From Euglena gracilis (lineage: Eukaryota), in the NCBI GenBank assembly GCA_039621445.1, contig CP154954.1, positions 30,880,395 through 30,944,394 on the forward strand: a stretch of 64,000 nucleotides of DNA, given 5' to 3'. The position numbers were made by a program, and so were the translations under genes. Below, piece after piece: positions 1-13,970 of the stretch (positions within the stretch are counted from its first letter, which is position 1; each line of letters opens with the position of its first letter). Under the pieces are notes generated by a model. It saw only the letters and a program-made list of their open reading frames with translations. It had not been told where the DNA came from and did no database searches.

Positions 1-891
1 GGATGAATTCTCGAGACACTCTATCATCATTGGACATCGCCTCGAGAATTGTGTGTTTTCGACATGTCCCAACCACTTTGTCAGATGAAGAAGACATTTT
101 TTGTGGGGAAAGCATTCCTCATGATAATGCATTTTTGAACCCAGAAAAAATTCCTGGGGGGTCAGGATGGCCCAGCAGAGGAGGTGGTCAACTTTGGAGG
201 GGTCAAGTTGGGCCGAACAGCCCGGGGGGTTAATAATCGGGAGGGTCAATAACATGGGGGGGGGGGTAACTATGGTTGAATTCTACAGCGACGAGTCAAA
301 ACGCCACAGCTGCCGCTTATTGTGGCGTTTCTGGTATTTGCAGTTTGAGACACACCAAGAAATGGGCAAAAGCTGCCAAGTGGATCAGCAGCGGAGCATT
401 GTGCCAAGTGTCAGCGGCGGTCAGGCACAAAAGCACACTCGTCCAAAAATACGTCGCCGGCGCCCTGCAGTTCAGTGCGAAGCTTTCCGGGCTGAACATG
501 GGCTGAACCGATGGGGAAACGCTTCTTCCGGACACCGGGAAAATTTTGGCTGTAACTGTTAACCCATTTGAATTTCAGGTGATTTGTTGACATGAAATTC
601 TGGATGGTTACCAGCCCCCATTGTGCTCAAGGACTACTTCAGCATCTCCTCTGGACATTTTCCCAGTTTCTTGTGTACGGGTTCAATTTCATCGATTTCT
701 GTGATTGCGAGGTGGGATCCGTTGCATTGTGATTTTCAAAAGCCCTGTCTCTGAGCCCTTTCTTCCAGAAACTGTGTATTACGCCTCGTGGATCGGGGCT
801 CATTGAGGAGCTTCATGTATGTATTAGGGTATCCATCTCAAAACACGCACTGGTTTCTGAAGGAGAAGCTGTGATTCTTTTCCCTTGAACC

Positions 892-1629
892 CAGGGGGGG
901 GGAAATGCGCTGGGCGGCCCTCGGAAAAAATGCGCAAAAATGCGCAAAAAAATGCGCCGAGTTTGAACATTCCTAAGGGAAAAAGGACTTAGAAAAATTT
1001 CCAACAATGAGCCCAAAATTAAACCAAAATCACCAAAAACAGCTGAAATGAAGGCATTTTTGGTCAAAAAAAAAATGCATGAGCAAGGCGTCACTCTCTG
1101 TTCACCATAACCAACAATGTCAGCCCTCGTGCCCCGTACTTGTGACCAGGGGAGAAGGATTTGATGCGGGGTCTCTGAAAACCCTAGTGTCCTCATCATC
1201 ATTGGATGAGTACCCACACCTCATCACCCAAAGGTTTTTTCTTGAATATGGACAAAATGCCTCCAAAAAGTGTAAAAAAAGGTGGGGAAATGGGAAAAAA
1301 GCACAAAAAAATGCGCAAAAAAATTCTTTCAAAAAGGGGCAGAATAGAGCACAAATCAAACAACATAACTCAGTGTCAATGCAACGTTGGTCAAGGAGCA
1401 ATTTGATAATATACAATCAAAATAAAATAAAAACCAAAATGAAACTGCAACGTATAAAAAAAGTCGTAAATTCTTAAGACGCAAAAAATGCGCGAAAAAA
1501 AATCGAAAAAAATGCGCAAAAAATGCGAAAAAAATGCGCAAACATGCGCATTTCCCCAAAATCCGGAAAATGCGCAAAAAATGTGCAAAAATGCGAAAAA
1601 ATGCGAAACGCATTCCCCCCCCCCCCCTG
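892..1629. mobile_element. MITE, CAG(G)n TIR, 7-bp TSD (P-superfamily-like)
   Basis: CAGGGGGGGGGAAATGCG...CGCATTCCCCCCCCCCCCCTG; TSD TTGAACC; internal sequence shared with 39966-40736. Confidence 0.85.
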
Positions 1630-4600
1630 TTGAACCTGAACACCTCTCAACTGTGTTGACAGTTGGAAAAGAATTTAGGGGTTAGTCATTGTCCCCTTTT
1701 TCTCCATCTCCGGATTGCAGAACCCTAGGGAGACTTGTTTGCCAGAAAATCTGGATGAAATTTCAGCCTTCCAATATTTTTCCCCAGCGAGTTTGTGTCC
1801 GACTTCTTATAATAAATGTCCAAAATCTCTTTCTTTGGTTTACACCGATTCTTGATACAAAGACAAAGAAACTAAAGCAGAAAACCACCGGATGCATCTG
1901 CAAACCAGCGAGAGACAAGGGGGTGGCGATGAGAACCATGGAGGGAAGGGAGGCGATTGGAGAAATCTGACCAACAACAGCAGGCAGCAGGCCAGTCCCA
2001 GACGTGCCAGTCGCAAAGAGCAGCCAGTGGCAAGGCTGGCCAGCGGATCACACCACAGCGAGCACCGAGACTCGGGGTCAAGCCAGACCGCAGGCGCGCA
2101 GGCTGTGGCGCAGGAGGGCCTGAGGCTCTGGCAGAGAGAGGCGGTCAACCCCCAACGGGTCAACCCCAACCCCCCCCCAGCACCCCATGAAACCACTGCC
2201 AGACACGCTCGAAATTGCTCTGACGTGCGGCCAAACGTCGACTGCCATCCCTTCCTGGGCCACCGCACCCTCTGAGGAACCGTGCCACGGGGAGGAGGTC
2301 CCCCCCCCAGGGATTTTTTTAAGACCGGGGGGAGGGGGGTCCCCCCTACCCACCCACCCACCCCCTGGGGAGGCCGCCCCCCGGGGGGGGGGGGAGGCCG
2401 CCCCGGGGGGGGGGGGTCCCGGGGTCCCAACCCACTTTTCCCCGAAAGGGCCAAAAAATGCGAAAAATGCTAAAAATAGCACCTTTTCAAAAATTATCCC
2501 AAAAGTATATCCCACCCCCCAGGGGGCTCGGCCGGACCCACCCACCCCCCCCCCCGGGGTCCAAGACTAAAAAAAAACTCTGGATCCCCCAACAGAGCCC
2601 ATCTGGCGCAGCCAGCCCCTCCCTGCACCGCCAGTGGGCCGGGGCCCCCGGCAGAAGGGGGGGGCATTGGGTCCGGCTAGAAGGTCATTGACCCGCGCCT
2701 GCCCTGCCTGAGCCCAGGGGGGAAAGGATTGGCGGCGCTGGGGAGGGCGTGGGGGGCCAGGCTGCTGTGGCATCCACCCCCCCCCCGGGATCAGGGCGTT
2801 GCTTAGAGACCCCCCCAGCAGGGCAGAACGGGAAAGCCTGGTGGGGGGGGGGGTCGACCCCCCCCCACCCACCACCCTGGCTGTTTGGCCGATTCCCGTT
2901 CTGCCCTGCCCCCCGGGGGTCCATCTCAGTGGCTGGAGAATCGGACAGTAATGGATTTTTGGCTTTCAGAGGTGCGAAATGCGTGCCATTGACGGGCAAA
3001 AGGAAAGCCAAAATTTTGGTCAAAGAAGAAGCCTTCATAGTTGGCAGTTTCTTGGCCAATTAGCGGTTTCGATTTTTTTTTGTGCGACCCCAGCTCGGAT
3101 CAAAAAAAAACAAGTTCCGGCCCTGGGAGCCCCATGGGGGCCAGCCAGCAGCCTTGGCCGCCCAAATAAAATAAATGCATCTCGTCCCCAATGGACCCGG
3201 GGGGGGGGGGCTCGGGGGGACCTGCTTTTGGGGGTCAATTTTGGCGTCCAAAAATTAATTAATTATTAAACTTAGAGGAAACCCCTGCCTCTGGCAGGGT
3301 ACCCACTCAGCCTGACCACAGGCGGGGGGGGGCTGGGGTGGGACCCCAGCCAACCCCCATCTCGCCCCTCGGGGCACGAAAATTTAAAATAAATCTCTGT
3401 TGGGGTCCAAATTCTTTTCGCGCCGAAAATAGAGAAACCCGAGAGGTACGCATCTGGCCCAACCCCCACACACCCTTGGGGGGACCCCACCCACCCACCA
3501 CCCCTCTCTCCCAAGTCACTAGCATAAAAAAAAATCTCTGACCACAATATACTCAAAATCCGAACTAGATCATTATAAATTTCGGTGATTGATAAGAAAA
3601 ACGGCTGGTTTGTTGTTTGGGGGTGTTGCGGTGTACCAGCCTTGATGAATCCGGATGTATGCCGTATGTTCAGGGGCTTTTTTAAGACCGGGGGGGAGGG
3701 GGCACCCACCCACCCACCCACCCCTTGGGGTGCCCCCCCCCCCGGGGGAGGGGTCCCAGGGGACCAACCCACTTTTCCCCGAAAATGGCCAAAATGCTAA
3801 AAATAGCACTTTTTCAAAATTTTCAGCAGTACTCTTTGGTGTGGACCCCCTGTGGCGCCTACTTGGTGATGGGCCAAAAAAAAAATGGCCAAAAACCAAA
3901 AAAAAAAACTGAAACAGCTTTTCTTGGCTTCTGGCGCCTGTGGCACCGGAGTGCCTTCGCCAAATGTTCAGGCAGTTCTGGCATGTCAGAGGTGGGTCTG
4001 CCTCGCCTTCAACGTTCAGCCTGCACACGTCTGAGAACTCAGACCAGCCCACAATCCAGAACTTGATTTTGTGGATTGCACTGGAAATTTCCCATCCCCA
4101 GACAAAGAGGCGCAGGAAGAACTCAGGAACCCAAGCAACCCTGTCTCCTGGATAGGTGCCAAGGGGGCCTGGTGCAATGTGTCTTCCAGTCCCACCGTAC
4201 ATGCGGTTTTGCACGCACATATGCAAAACACATCGAGATTGGTGGGGTTCATTTATCAAATTTCACGGTAAATTGCAGTATCAAATGTTAAGGTTCAGCC
4301 TGAAGGGAACAGGCAACAGGGCAGGCGGCCTGGAGAGGATGTGCTGCACAAACGTAGCCAACGGGCAGGTGGCTACACAGGGGGAGGGGGGCGGGGCACC
4401 TCGACCTCGGGGGCAACGACAGAAACCATGGGGGCATTTGTGGTGACAGGGGGGGGAGGTTGGGGCTTCGCGCCAAAAATGGAGGGAAAAGCCCCCACCC
4501 ACTTGACCCTCCTGAGGGAGGGGGTCCAGCGGACCCCCCCCCTCCAGGCTTCGATATGAGGGCAGGAGGGGGGTGAATCGGACCCCCCTCCGGTCCAGGA

Positions 4601-5600
4601 GGGGGGGACATCCTTACGCCCTCCTTATATTGAACCCTGCCCCCCAGGACCCAGGAAAGGATCCAACATTTAAAGAATCCCTGGGCGCAACCCCACTGCA
4701 AAGCGCTGCCGCAGGTTTCCAGGAGTCCCATTCAAATTTCTGAGGGGTCCTGGATTTGGCAGTTCGGCCCAGGAGGATGCATCAGCCGGGCACGTTTGTG
4801 TCGAAAAGACCCGCTGATCTCATGTCCAGAATGGGACAGTCAGGTCCTCCGCAGTGGCAATGGGGCGGTTGGCACAGCAGAGTTGTCCTGTGCGGAAAAG
4901 GTAGCTAAGAGCAGGAAGTGGTGGAAAAGAGGTAAAGCGGGTGGAGGGGGGTTGACCGGCGACACGCGGGGAGGGGTCCCCTCCCACAGCATGTGCAGCA
5001 CGGAACGGGCCCCGTGGGCTGGGGCTGGGCCGAACCCACAGGGAGGGGCGGGGTGGCTGGTGGGGCCCTGCCGCGGCGGCCATAAAAAAAAAGGCTGACT
5101 TGGCTTCAAGTTTGGTGCCGTGTGGGTGGACGACGTGAGGGTGCGTGTGAGGAAGTGCGGACACGTGTCATGGTGGAGGACAGCGTGCCCCATCGTGAGA
5201 CATGCACGCACTTGCCTTGGTGTGCAATGCACTCGTGACACACGCCTTGCAATTCATTGCGATTGTCAATTGAGTGTTTGTGTTTCTTTGCCTCGTGTTT
5301 GCCAAGGTCCGTGTTGCGTCCCCTCCCCCCTTTTGGTTCACAGGCAGATTAAAAGGCACAAAATTTAAATGAAGAAAAAATATTATGAACGATTGCAAAT
5401 GACTTCTATGACTTTCTCATTTGCTATCTTTGCTTTGCTTTTTGATCGGGAAAAGGTGTGGTTGGGTTTATTACTATATTTTATTGGACACAGGTTTTAT
5501 ACAAACTCCTCAAGAGCACCCCGGGGTGTACAATTTTCTGCTGGTGCTGGGGAGGACTTTGAAAAAATTTCATCTTGTCAAGGGAAACCTTTTCATCATA

Positions 5601-6294
5601 CTGTCATAGGAAAAAATAACATCCGGAAAAAATAACATCTGGAAAAATAACATCTGAATAAATAACATCCAGAGAGGCTTGTCAAAAGGCACTTAAAGGT
5701 TATCTAGTTCCAGCGCTTCAGTCGCCCGGACTGCGCCATTGTTTAGGTGGAGGGAGTGCAAGGCATTGCAAAAAAACTGGAGCGCACACCAGACATTTAC
5801 CTACACCCCCCACGAGTCATTGCCAGTTTCCCCCCCAGGACCCCACAAGACAGGGTCCTGGGGGGGGAGCTGGCCATAAATGCCCCCCACACACCCCACA
5901 CTTGACCAGTGTGGGCTTAAGGCAGGTGGGAGGGTCGGACCCCCCCCGGTCCAGGAGGGGGGGGGGGGTCGGGCATATATTGCAATAACTGGGTGATCCC
6001 AACACAAACAAATAGCATCTGGTATGACAGTATCCAGAGCATAACCCATGAAACGGTACATTCTTTACTTCAAAGAGGCAAGGATTGAATGCAAGCTTGA
6101 TGAACAGCCTCGTCCTTTGGTAATGATTGTCACAGTCGTTCGTGTTCTTCATCCCACATCCTATCCACTTTATACATCTTATCTATTTTCGACTGATTTC
6201 TGGAGCAAATGAAGAAAAAATAACATCTGACTAAATAACATCTAAAAGCGGCTTAGATGTTATTTTTTCCGGATGTTATTTTTTCCTATGACAG
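5601..6294. mobile_element. Tc1/mariner-type MITE
   Basis: Perfect 40-bp TIR CTGTCATAGGAAAAAATAACATCCGGAAAAAATAACATCT flanked by TA. Confidence 0.85.
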
Positions 6295-6471
6295 TATAAC
6301 ACCACACGTGCAAAAAGATGTGGTGCATGGTTTGGAGAATCATTAGATCATTTTCTGACCCAAAAAATTGAAATAAATCAAAACAGAAAAAATGAAAAAT
6401 GATAGAAAAAAAGGCAAATTTCACAAACTTCATTAATTTCAAAAATACTTCTATTACATGTTGAACATGCT

Positions 6472-8889
6472 CTTTGGCGGCGCATCTCGCACTTAAGCTG
6501 CTTTTTCTTTTTTTGATTTGCGCAATTGCGCAAATTGACCTTTTACAAAAACCAAGACGCACACCTTGTGCTAGAAAATAAATATGGCAGGTGTACCTTT
6601 GGATACCCTCCCCCCCGGGGGGTATCGAAGTGGCCACTCGGTATACCTGGGGTTAGTGAGAGCATAGGGTTAGGGTTAGGACCGGTCCGGTCGGATTTCG
6701 CCCGCACGCGATGAGCATCCCACCCAACCCAGGCCGAGCAAATCCCAAAGGCGGCAGAGAGGCAGAGGGAAAGAAAGATAAAGGCCGCCAAACGGTCGGC
6801 CACCAAAGGGATTTAGCCCTCCCGACCTTTGGAGTCACTCCAAAAGGCCGGTGCTGGGACTGCGGTGTGGGCAGTTGGGCCGGCAGTGAGGCCGCCCGCA
6901 CAAGCGGATGCACGTCGCGCGCACGCACGGAATCCGAACGGTCCCACCCTAACCCTACGCCCTCACTAACCCCAGGTATACTGTGGCCAAGCAAGTGTCC
7001 ACGTCGATACCCCCGGGGGGGCAAGGTACACCTGTCATATGTATGTACGTACACGTCAGGAAAAACGAAGGTTTCGAACCAGTTATTCCAACGAGTTGTG
7101 TGACATGTCTGGAGCGACAGATTCATGTTCTTTTCTGTCACACAGGTGGGTTGTCCACCCTGGCTGTTACGGCTCTGGGTTTTGCTGCATCTGTGCTGCC
7201 TGTAATTGCCTGGTGATGCATTCCTGTTCGACGGGGACCGACTTTTCACCATTTGGACAATGTGATGTGCAGTTAAATTAGGCACAAAAGCCTTTCCACA
7301 ACTGTGCCGCTGTCGACAGACCAAAACGTTTGTCCACATGTCGAAAATTCACATGACACAAATTTACGAAGTGAGGGTTGATGTGCGCATTTGTGCACAC
7401 CAACCACGTGTGTATTTTGTGTAAGTGGTTTGTGTGCGCATTGGCGCACATTGAACACTTGTGGATGGTTCATGTGTGCGAAATTGCGCGCACCAACCAT
7501 CCACGTGTGCAGAAGTGGTTGATGTGCGCATTTGCACACATCAACTGCTTACACAAAATACACACATGGTTGGTGTGCGCAAATGTGTGAATGGTTGATG
7601 TGCGCAATTGCGCACATCAACCACCCGAAGTTTGGGAAATACACTCCGCATTTCTCCTATTACCACATGAAACATAAGGGGCAAGGAATTTGGATGGGTA
7701 CCGTTTGCAATGTGCGACAAAGAACAGTGGCTTGTAAATGTACCTTTGTTTTTTACCTCCGTATTATGGAACGCACTTGCGCACACAGATCATTGTGGGC
7801 GCAAAACTTTTGAAACTGTTGTGTAGCGAAGAAACTCCGACTTTAGGTAATGCGAGATGTGCAGTAGAACACGCCTATGACATGAGAAAGTTTGTCTTTG
7901 CTCTGTGTGCAAATTTGTATGTCTTATCTCCAACAAGTTACGTGGGAGGAATTGATGACGTGTAACCCCTGCGTGATTTTTGGAATTTGGATTTTTGGAT
8001 GTTGGATTTTCTTTAAAAAAATAAGGACTTCCAGAATTTCAAAATTACGCATGTGTTATATTCCTGTTTTCTCGGCCGGGAATCGTTTTTACGTTTTTAC
8101 GACGACAAATGTCTCGTTTTTTTCCCTCAGTAAACATGAAACACACCAGTTTTTTCACAATATCCATCCCAGTACTTTCACGCAACCCAAGCATCTGTAA
8201 ACATAAATAATTCTCTCCCACCAAAACAGCAAGCTTTGCTGGTGCTGCCATTTTCCATTGTTTCCATGGACCTGCAAAATGTCGGCACCCCCCAGTATGC
8301 TGTCCCAGTTGTGGGGGATAACATGGCCACCTCGGTGGCTGCTGCTGCATTGGGGGATTGATGACAGCCTTGTGGATGCCGAAACGCCACCACCCGTCGT
8401 CACCTGATGCGACCGTTGCAGCAAAACACAAGCCAGGGGGCAAGGGGCGGGGGTTTTCGAGGTCCACCCCTTTCCCAAGCGGCACCGTTGCACATGAGCT
8501 GCGACGTGCTAACGGTGGGCTGCCGTGACCTGCTAGAGGTCTACGGTCTCCACATGGATTTAGACCTGTCAGTCGGCAAGAATAGGCCCTAAAAATCATG
8601 GTAGAGGAGAGCGCGCAGCAGCTGAAGTTGTGCACCCGAAGGAGCCATTGCAGATGGTGTTTGAGGTTGTGTATTGATGTGATCTGTCTAAAAAATTTTG
8701 CTATTATGGTTGGTGTATGCAAATGTGTACGTCGTCATGGTGTATGCAATGTCATGGTGTTTGTCCAATCGTGCCACTTCTCGCTCTTGTAACCCCTTGT
8801 GACGCCGGTGCCAAAATCAAATGTTTGTCGGAGTGCGAAAATGCACAAATCGACCAAAGAAAGCTTAAGTGCGAGATGCGCTGCCTAAG
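6472..8889. mobile_element. Non-autonomous TIR element, CTT(A/T)GGC termini, 5-bp TSD
   Basis: CTTTGGCGGCGCATCTCGCACTTAAGCT and AGCTTAAGTGCGAGATGCGCTGCCTAAG; TSD ATGCT/GTGCT. Confidence 0.7.
6586..7036. mobile_element. Fold-back element, ~130-bp imperfect arms containing telomere-like TTAGGG motifs
   Basis: ATAT|GGCAGGTGTACCTT...AAGGTACACCTGTC|ATAT. Confidence 0.7.
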
Positions 8890-11794
8890 GTGCTGGTTCT
8901 AAAGGAATGCAATTTGTTATCCAAAAAGATCAGAAAAATGACAAAAAAAATTGGTCTGAAGGGAAAAAAAATTGGGCCCAAACATGGAGTTTTTTTTTAA
9001 AAAAAAGATGAAATTTCCCAGAAATAAAAAATCACAAAAAATCACCGAAAAAAAACACAAAAAAACACACAAAACAAACTCAAGTACAAAATTTTGCCGA
9101 AATCAAAAAATACACAAAAACTGTATTTGTGTAACCCCCTGCCAACAATTCCGACGACAAGCTCTCTCTAAGGCTGAGGAGAACCCTGTTAAAAAAGAAC
9201 GGGTTCTGGCCTATTAAACCCAAACGAGAAACATCACTTGGAAAATGCACCTAATAACCGGCCCTTTGGTAAACTTCCTTGCAGTACATCCCATGTCGTG
9301 CCAGGTGCAAGCAGGGCGGTCCTTAAGCAAATAAAGAAAAAAACTCCGCTGTCCCAGCACACTCAATGAAAATATACAGGAAAATGGGCAAGGAAAGGGT
9401 TTTGGATCGAGGTTAAAAGGAGTCAGGAATCCTTTCCTGACCCAATCCCAAAGGGGTCGGATTTCATTAACTCGCTGTCCTAATCCATTTGCGTGGGACA
9501 CAGACTTCCCACTGCACACAACCCCGTTTCATCAGATGTTGGCGGCTGACAAGAAAAAGTGGGGAAAGGGGTGAATACAGACGGGGGAGTGAAGTGTCGA
9601 GCAGCGCGGCAGGGATCGGGGGGGGGGGCAGCGCAGGAGAGGCCATGAGCGCAGTGAGTCTCGGCTCCGGGGGGGGGGGGGGCCCCACCCTACCGCACCC
9701 CGATGGGGCCGCGGGGGCCCTCCTGTTGGCCCCCCGTGCCCGCGGCGGGAGTCCTCCACCGCTATGTGGCCGACCGGCTCTGAACCGGTCGGGTGTGGCC
9801 CACCGCCCTGTGTAAGGCCCGTCCTGCCTCTCGCAGGCTGCGGACTTCGGCCGACCCTGGACCTGGGGCCAACAGTGGCAACAGCAATTATGGGAAAAGA
9901 ATTCTGGGTGAAAACTCAGGGAGGGATACCCACCCCACAGTGCCGGCACCGTGTGGCGCTGCGTGGGCACTGCGTGGCACCGCGTGGCACCGCGGGCCGT
10001 TAAACCACTTGTTTTTGCATCATTGGCTTTTTCGGGCCATCCACCCCGCAGTGCCGGCACTGCGTGGCACTGCGGGCCATTTAACCCGCATGCAAGCACC
10101 TTCAATGATGTAGCGCCATGCAGGTCTTCCTTGGGCACTGTTTTTCATTTCCAGCCAGAAGTGGTCAAATTGGCCCAAAAGGCAAAAAAAGTTGCACAAA
10201 ACGACCATTGCCCTTGTGGGCATCCCCAGGGAAATCGGGGTGGTTTGTGGCAATCTTTGTTTCCTGTGAGTTTTGCCTGGACGTAATGGCCTGTCAGATG
10301 GCCTGCTCCTGCAGCCACTCCCTGCCCCCCAAATAACAACACCCCTTTTTTGACAACCAAAATCTGGGTCCGAGGGGGTGGGTATCATTTGGGGGTGGTT
10401 GATATTATTTGAGCGAAAATTTAAAAAAACAAAAATTGGCCAAGCAAAGCCTCCAGGCCCCGCGGTCCTTTGTTTTGGAACTTTAAATATTCTTCTGCAC
10501 AATGTCCTTCTTGAAACGTTTTTCTGAAAAAAAATCAATCATTGATTTCGTGGTTTTTGCAATATTTTTTGCAATTCTTTCTCTTTTTTTTCTGAAAAAA
10601 ATCAATCATCGAATTTTGTGGTTTTCGCAATATTTTTTGTAATTATTTCTCTTTTTCAGCTTAACCCTTTCTCAGTGCTGGGGGGGGGGGTATTAGCGGG
10701 GCAGCCCAACCAAAGGGAGGGGGTATTATTTGATGGGTTATAATTTGGGGGGGGGCATTATTGGGGGGGGGGGGCTTAGTCCACGGGAGGATTCCGGCAG
10801 CGTGGAACAAAATCATGCAATGGGCTCGCACTCGGCCTCGAGGGCACGGCCCCGAGGGCAATACAGGGACTTCGGGCCAAGGTCCGCAGGGAAAGAAGCA
10901 AAGAATGCCATACGCCGACCAGCCTCGACGTGATGTGCACAGGTTGGATGCACAGAGGGGTGAGGGAGGGTAGTGTTGGAAGCCATCTGTGGAAGCCACC
11001 CCAGGGGAGGGGAGGGAGGGCACAGCCCTCTGCCATGCCGACCTGCCTCCGCCTCCCCAGGGGACCCACGGACGCGACGTAGGGACCCAGGCTGGAGCGC
11101 AGGCGCCCTCTTTTCAGAGACGAACAGGGCTGGGGCTCCTTCCTGCCGGGCCATGGGCAAAAATGACCCCAAATTGTTCTCGCCATACGGCGCCTTCGGC
11201 ACCGGAGCGCCTTGGCCGAGTGCCGAGCCAATTTTGCCATGTCCCCCGTGCCCCCAGGTCTGAGTGCTTCAAAGTGCCTGTGCGGGGGTGCGGTCGGCCA
11301 CGCCTTAAAGCTCAGACGTTGGCCACCACTGTGGGATGCTGACGGGTGCTTTATGGGTGAACCCCCTGGGTCCACCCACTTAGGCGGCCTGACTCGCACT
11401 TAGCTTTGAAAGTGACTGTAAATTTTCGTCGACGCGCAATCCTGTAAAGATAGTTCTGTTTGCGAACACCGAGGCCTGAGGTTCAGGACAATCCGCATTA
11501 GTGTCTCCCTACACCCCCAGGGCCTGGGGACAAAACCAACGACTTGGAACTCCACAGTCTACATGCACAGCGCTCCCGGGCCCAGTGTGCATGAACACAA
11601 AGCGCCGGGTGTTGAAACGAGGGGACTCCATTGCGCAATTGTGCTTTGGCGCAACGATTTTTTCTTTTTCATTACAAAAAAATAAAGCGCATTGCACTTT
11701 GGCGCAAATTCTTTATTTTTTTTGTAATTCAACATGTGAGTGACCATTGCCGCACTTGCACAATAACAACAACATATGTGTCAACATGTGTTGC

Positions 11795-12200
11795 CATTGT
11801 GCCACAGCGCAATGGGCAGGCTTATGAAGAATAGAAATTTAAGAGTTATATTGCGCCAACGCGCAAGAGAAATACAATTTTTAAAATTGTAAAGCAGCGT
11901 GGGTGTTGCGCTGAAGCGCAATACAACTGCTTGAAACGTATCTCACAACGGAGGGAAAAAAACCTGCCAGAAACGGCCCTGGTAGAGTTTGAACACCAGA
12001 GGGGAAAGAGGACAAAATGTCGGACAGGGGGACGAAAGCCTGCTATCAGTCACGTTGCCTAAAAATTGGTCAACGTTGCGCATCGGCGCCACAGACACGT
12101 TGCTTCTGCCATTTTAAAAATGTATTTCTATTGCGCTTTGGCACAATGTAACTCTTAAATTTCCATTCTTCATAAGTCTGCCCATTGCGCTGTGGCGCAA
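11795..12200. mobile_element. Fold-back element with ~110-bp arms
   Basis: GCCACAGCGCAATGGGCAGGCTTATGAAGAAT... has its reverse complement at ~12100-12200. Confidence 0.7.
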
Positions 12201-13296
12201 CAGCCATTAATTTTTAATTTATTATTTTCATCACTGTGGGTGGAGAGAGCATTCCTGGAAGCATCTCATTATCAGAGCGAACAGGGCTAAGGTGGAGGGA
12301 AGCCTACAGGAAGCCAAACCCCTGGTGTGTGAAAACAACCACCAACTTCTTGATGCCCAGACGTGTCCTGTCCTACGTGTTGTGAGCCCAAATGCCATTG
12401 CCGGACGTTCCTCCCACTTGCCTCGCAGTTAGACATGCCTGAGGGGGCCCTTCTTTTTGGCCGACTTTTGAAAGTCGGAAAATTTCTGTTTGGAAAAGAA
12501 CAGGCATCAGATGAACTCTGGGAATCACAGCCGAGGAAACAGTTTTGGGCACTGAAAAAGTGTTTCAAAGAAGCTCGTCACCACCCTTTCCTCACCCAGG
12601 ATTTGAAGCACACCACTTTGGGGATGAGCGACTGGAATTGAGAAATTGAAATGGTCCATCAACGACGGCGGAGAAGGGCAGACATGTTGCCACACCTTTT
12701 TCGGTAATTTGCAACCCACCAGACAGCCACATGACACATGACCAGCCACATGACACAGGTCTTTCTATCAACATCCCAAAAAACCCACTTTGTACACTGA
12801 GTGCAAGGTCACTGAGGCTCCACAGCCCACGCCCACGATTCGTCTTATTGGAACAGCCACTCCCTCTCCAGTGCCTGAATAGGTGAAAAGCACAAACCTA
12901 GCTTTGGGCACAGCAGCGCTCAAACCCCCCTCATCATTACCCTCTATCCCCCACCTTCTCCCACAGCACCAGCACGAACGCATTCGAATGCATCTACCAT
13001 TTGAAAGGACATTGCGCTTAAGCACAATAGTTGTACATTGCGCTTCAGCGCAATGTATATCTGCCCGGCCCCGCCTGCATCGCCCACATCACGAGCAGCT
13101 CCGGCGTCGCACTGGAGCAACTGTCGTATGCCGCGACCATTTGGGGGGGGGGGTTGTCGGCCGAAGGAGGCGATGCATCGAATCCAGGGAGGGCTGCGGC
13201 GTGTTGGGCGATTCCGTTGAGGGTTTCCGGCTTCCCTTTTTCTGTGAATCCCCCAATTGGGTGGGCGCGCCCACTGCGCTTAAGCGCAATGGTTAA

Positions 13297-13970
13297 CGGA
13301 AGCCCCTGAGCTTATGGGAGTCCCTGTGATGTGTTACAGTGTGTTGGGGGCCCCTCTCTGCACGGTCAGTGTGCGGCATACAATTTTTTACCGCCCCCCC
13401 CCCCGGGGGGGGAGGGGGGGTCACTCCACTTTTTGAAAAACCAGTTAGTCACTTTTTTTGGGAAGCCAGTCAGTCACTACCCCCCAGGGGGGGGGGGGTC
13501 GGCCACTCAGAAAAACGGCCACTTTCCAGTCACTTTAGGCCATTTTAGGCCAAAAAAAAAAATTCCTGGCGCCTTCGGCGCCAGGGTCACTCAAGCCACT
13601 TTTGCCCACCCCTGGCCGACCCCCCCCCCGGGGGAGGGGGTCCGGGCCCAAAAAACCAGCCAGTCACTCTGAAAAAACCAGTCAGTCACCCCCGGGGGGG
13701 GGGGGGAGACAGTGCTTAAAAAATTGTCTGGTGTGCGGGCTTGGTGAGGAAATACATTGGGCCCAAGCGCAATGGACATGCCTACATAATGCAATGCTTG
13801 TTCATTCAGATTACACATCAGCCACGTGTTTGCACTTCTCATTTTTGTATGAGCTATTTCGCTTCGGCGCAATGTATTTCCTCACCAAGCCTGCACACTA
13901 GCCGTAAAGAGAGGGGCCCCCAACACACCGTAACACATCAGAGGGACTCCCATAAACTCAGGGGCTTCTG
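13297..13970. mobile_element. MITE with ~70-bp TIR, flanked by TTAA/TTAT
   Basis: CGGAAGCCCCTGAGCTTATGGGAGTCCCT and AGGGACTCCCATAAACTCAGGGGCTTCTG. Confidence 0.7.
13377..13730. mobile_element. hAT-type MITE
   Basis: CATACAATTTTTT...AAAAAATTGTCTG; perfect 8-bp TSD GTGTGCGG; sister copy at 34025. Confidence 0.9.

Noticed and set aside
1892-2275. Gln/Ala-rich GC island as a possible exon
   Set aside because: No recognisable domain, splice partners or clear frame preference.
6664-6682. Telomeric repeat as a chromosome end or fusion site
   Set aside because: Only 2-3 units, inside a TIR arm.
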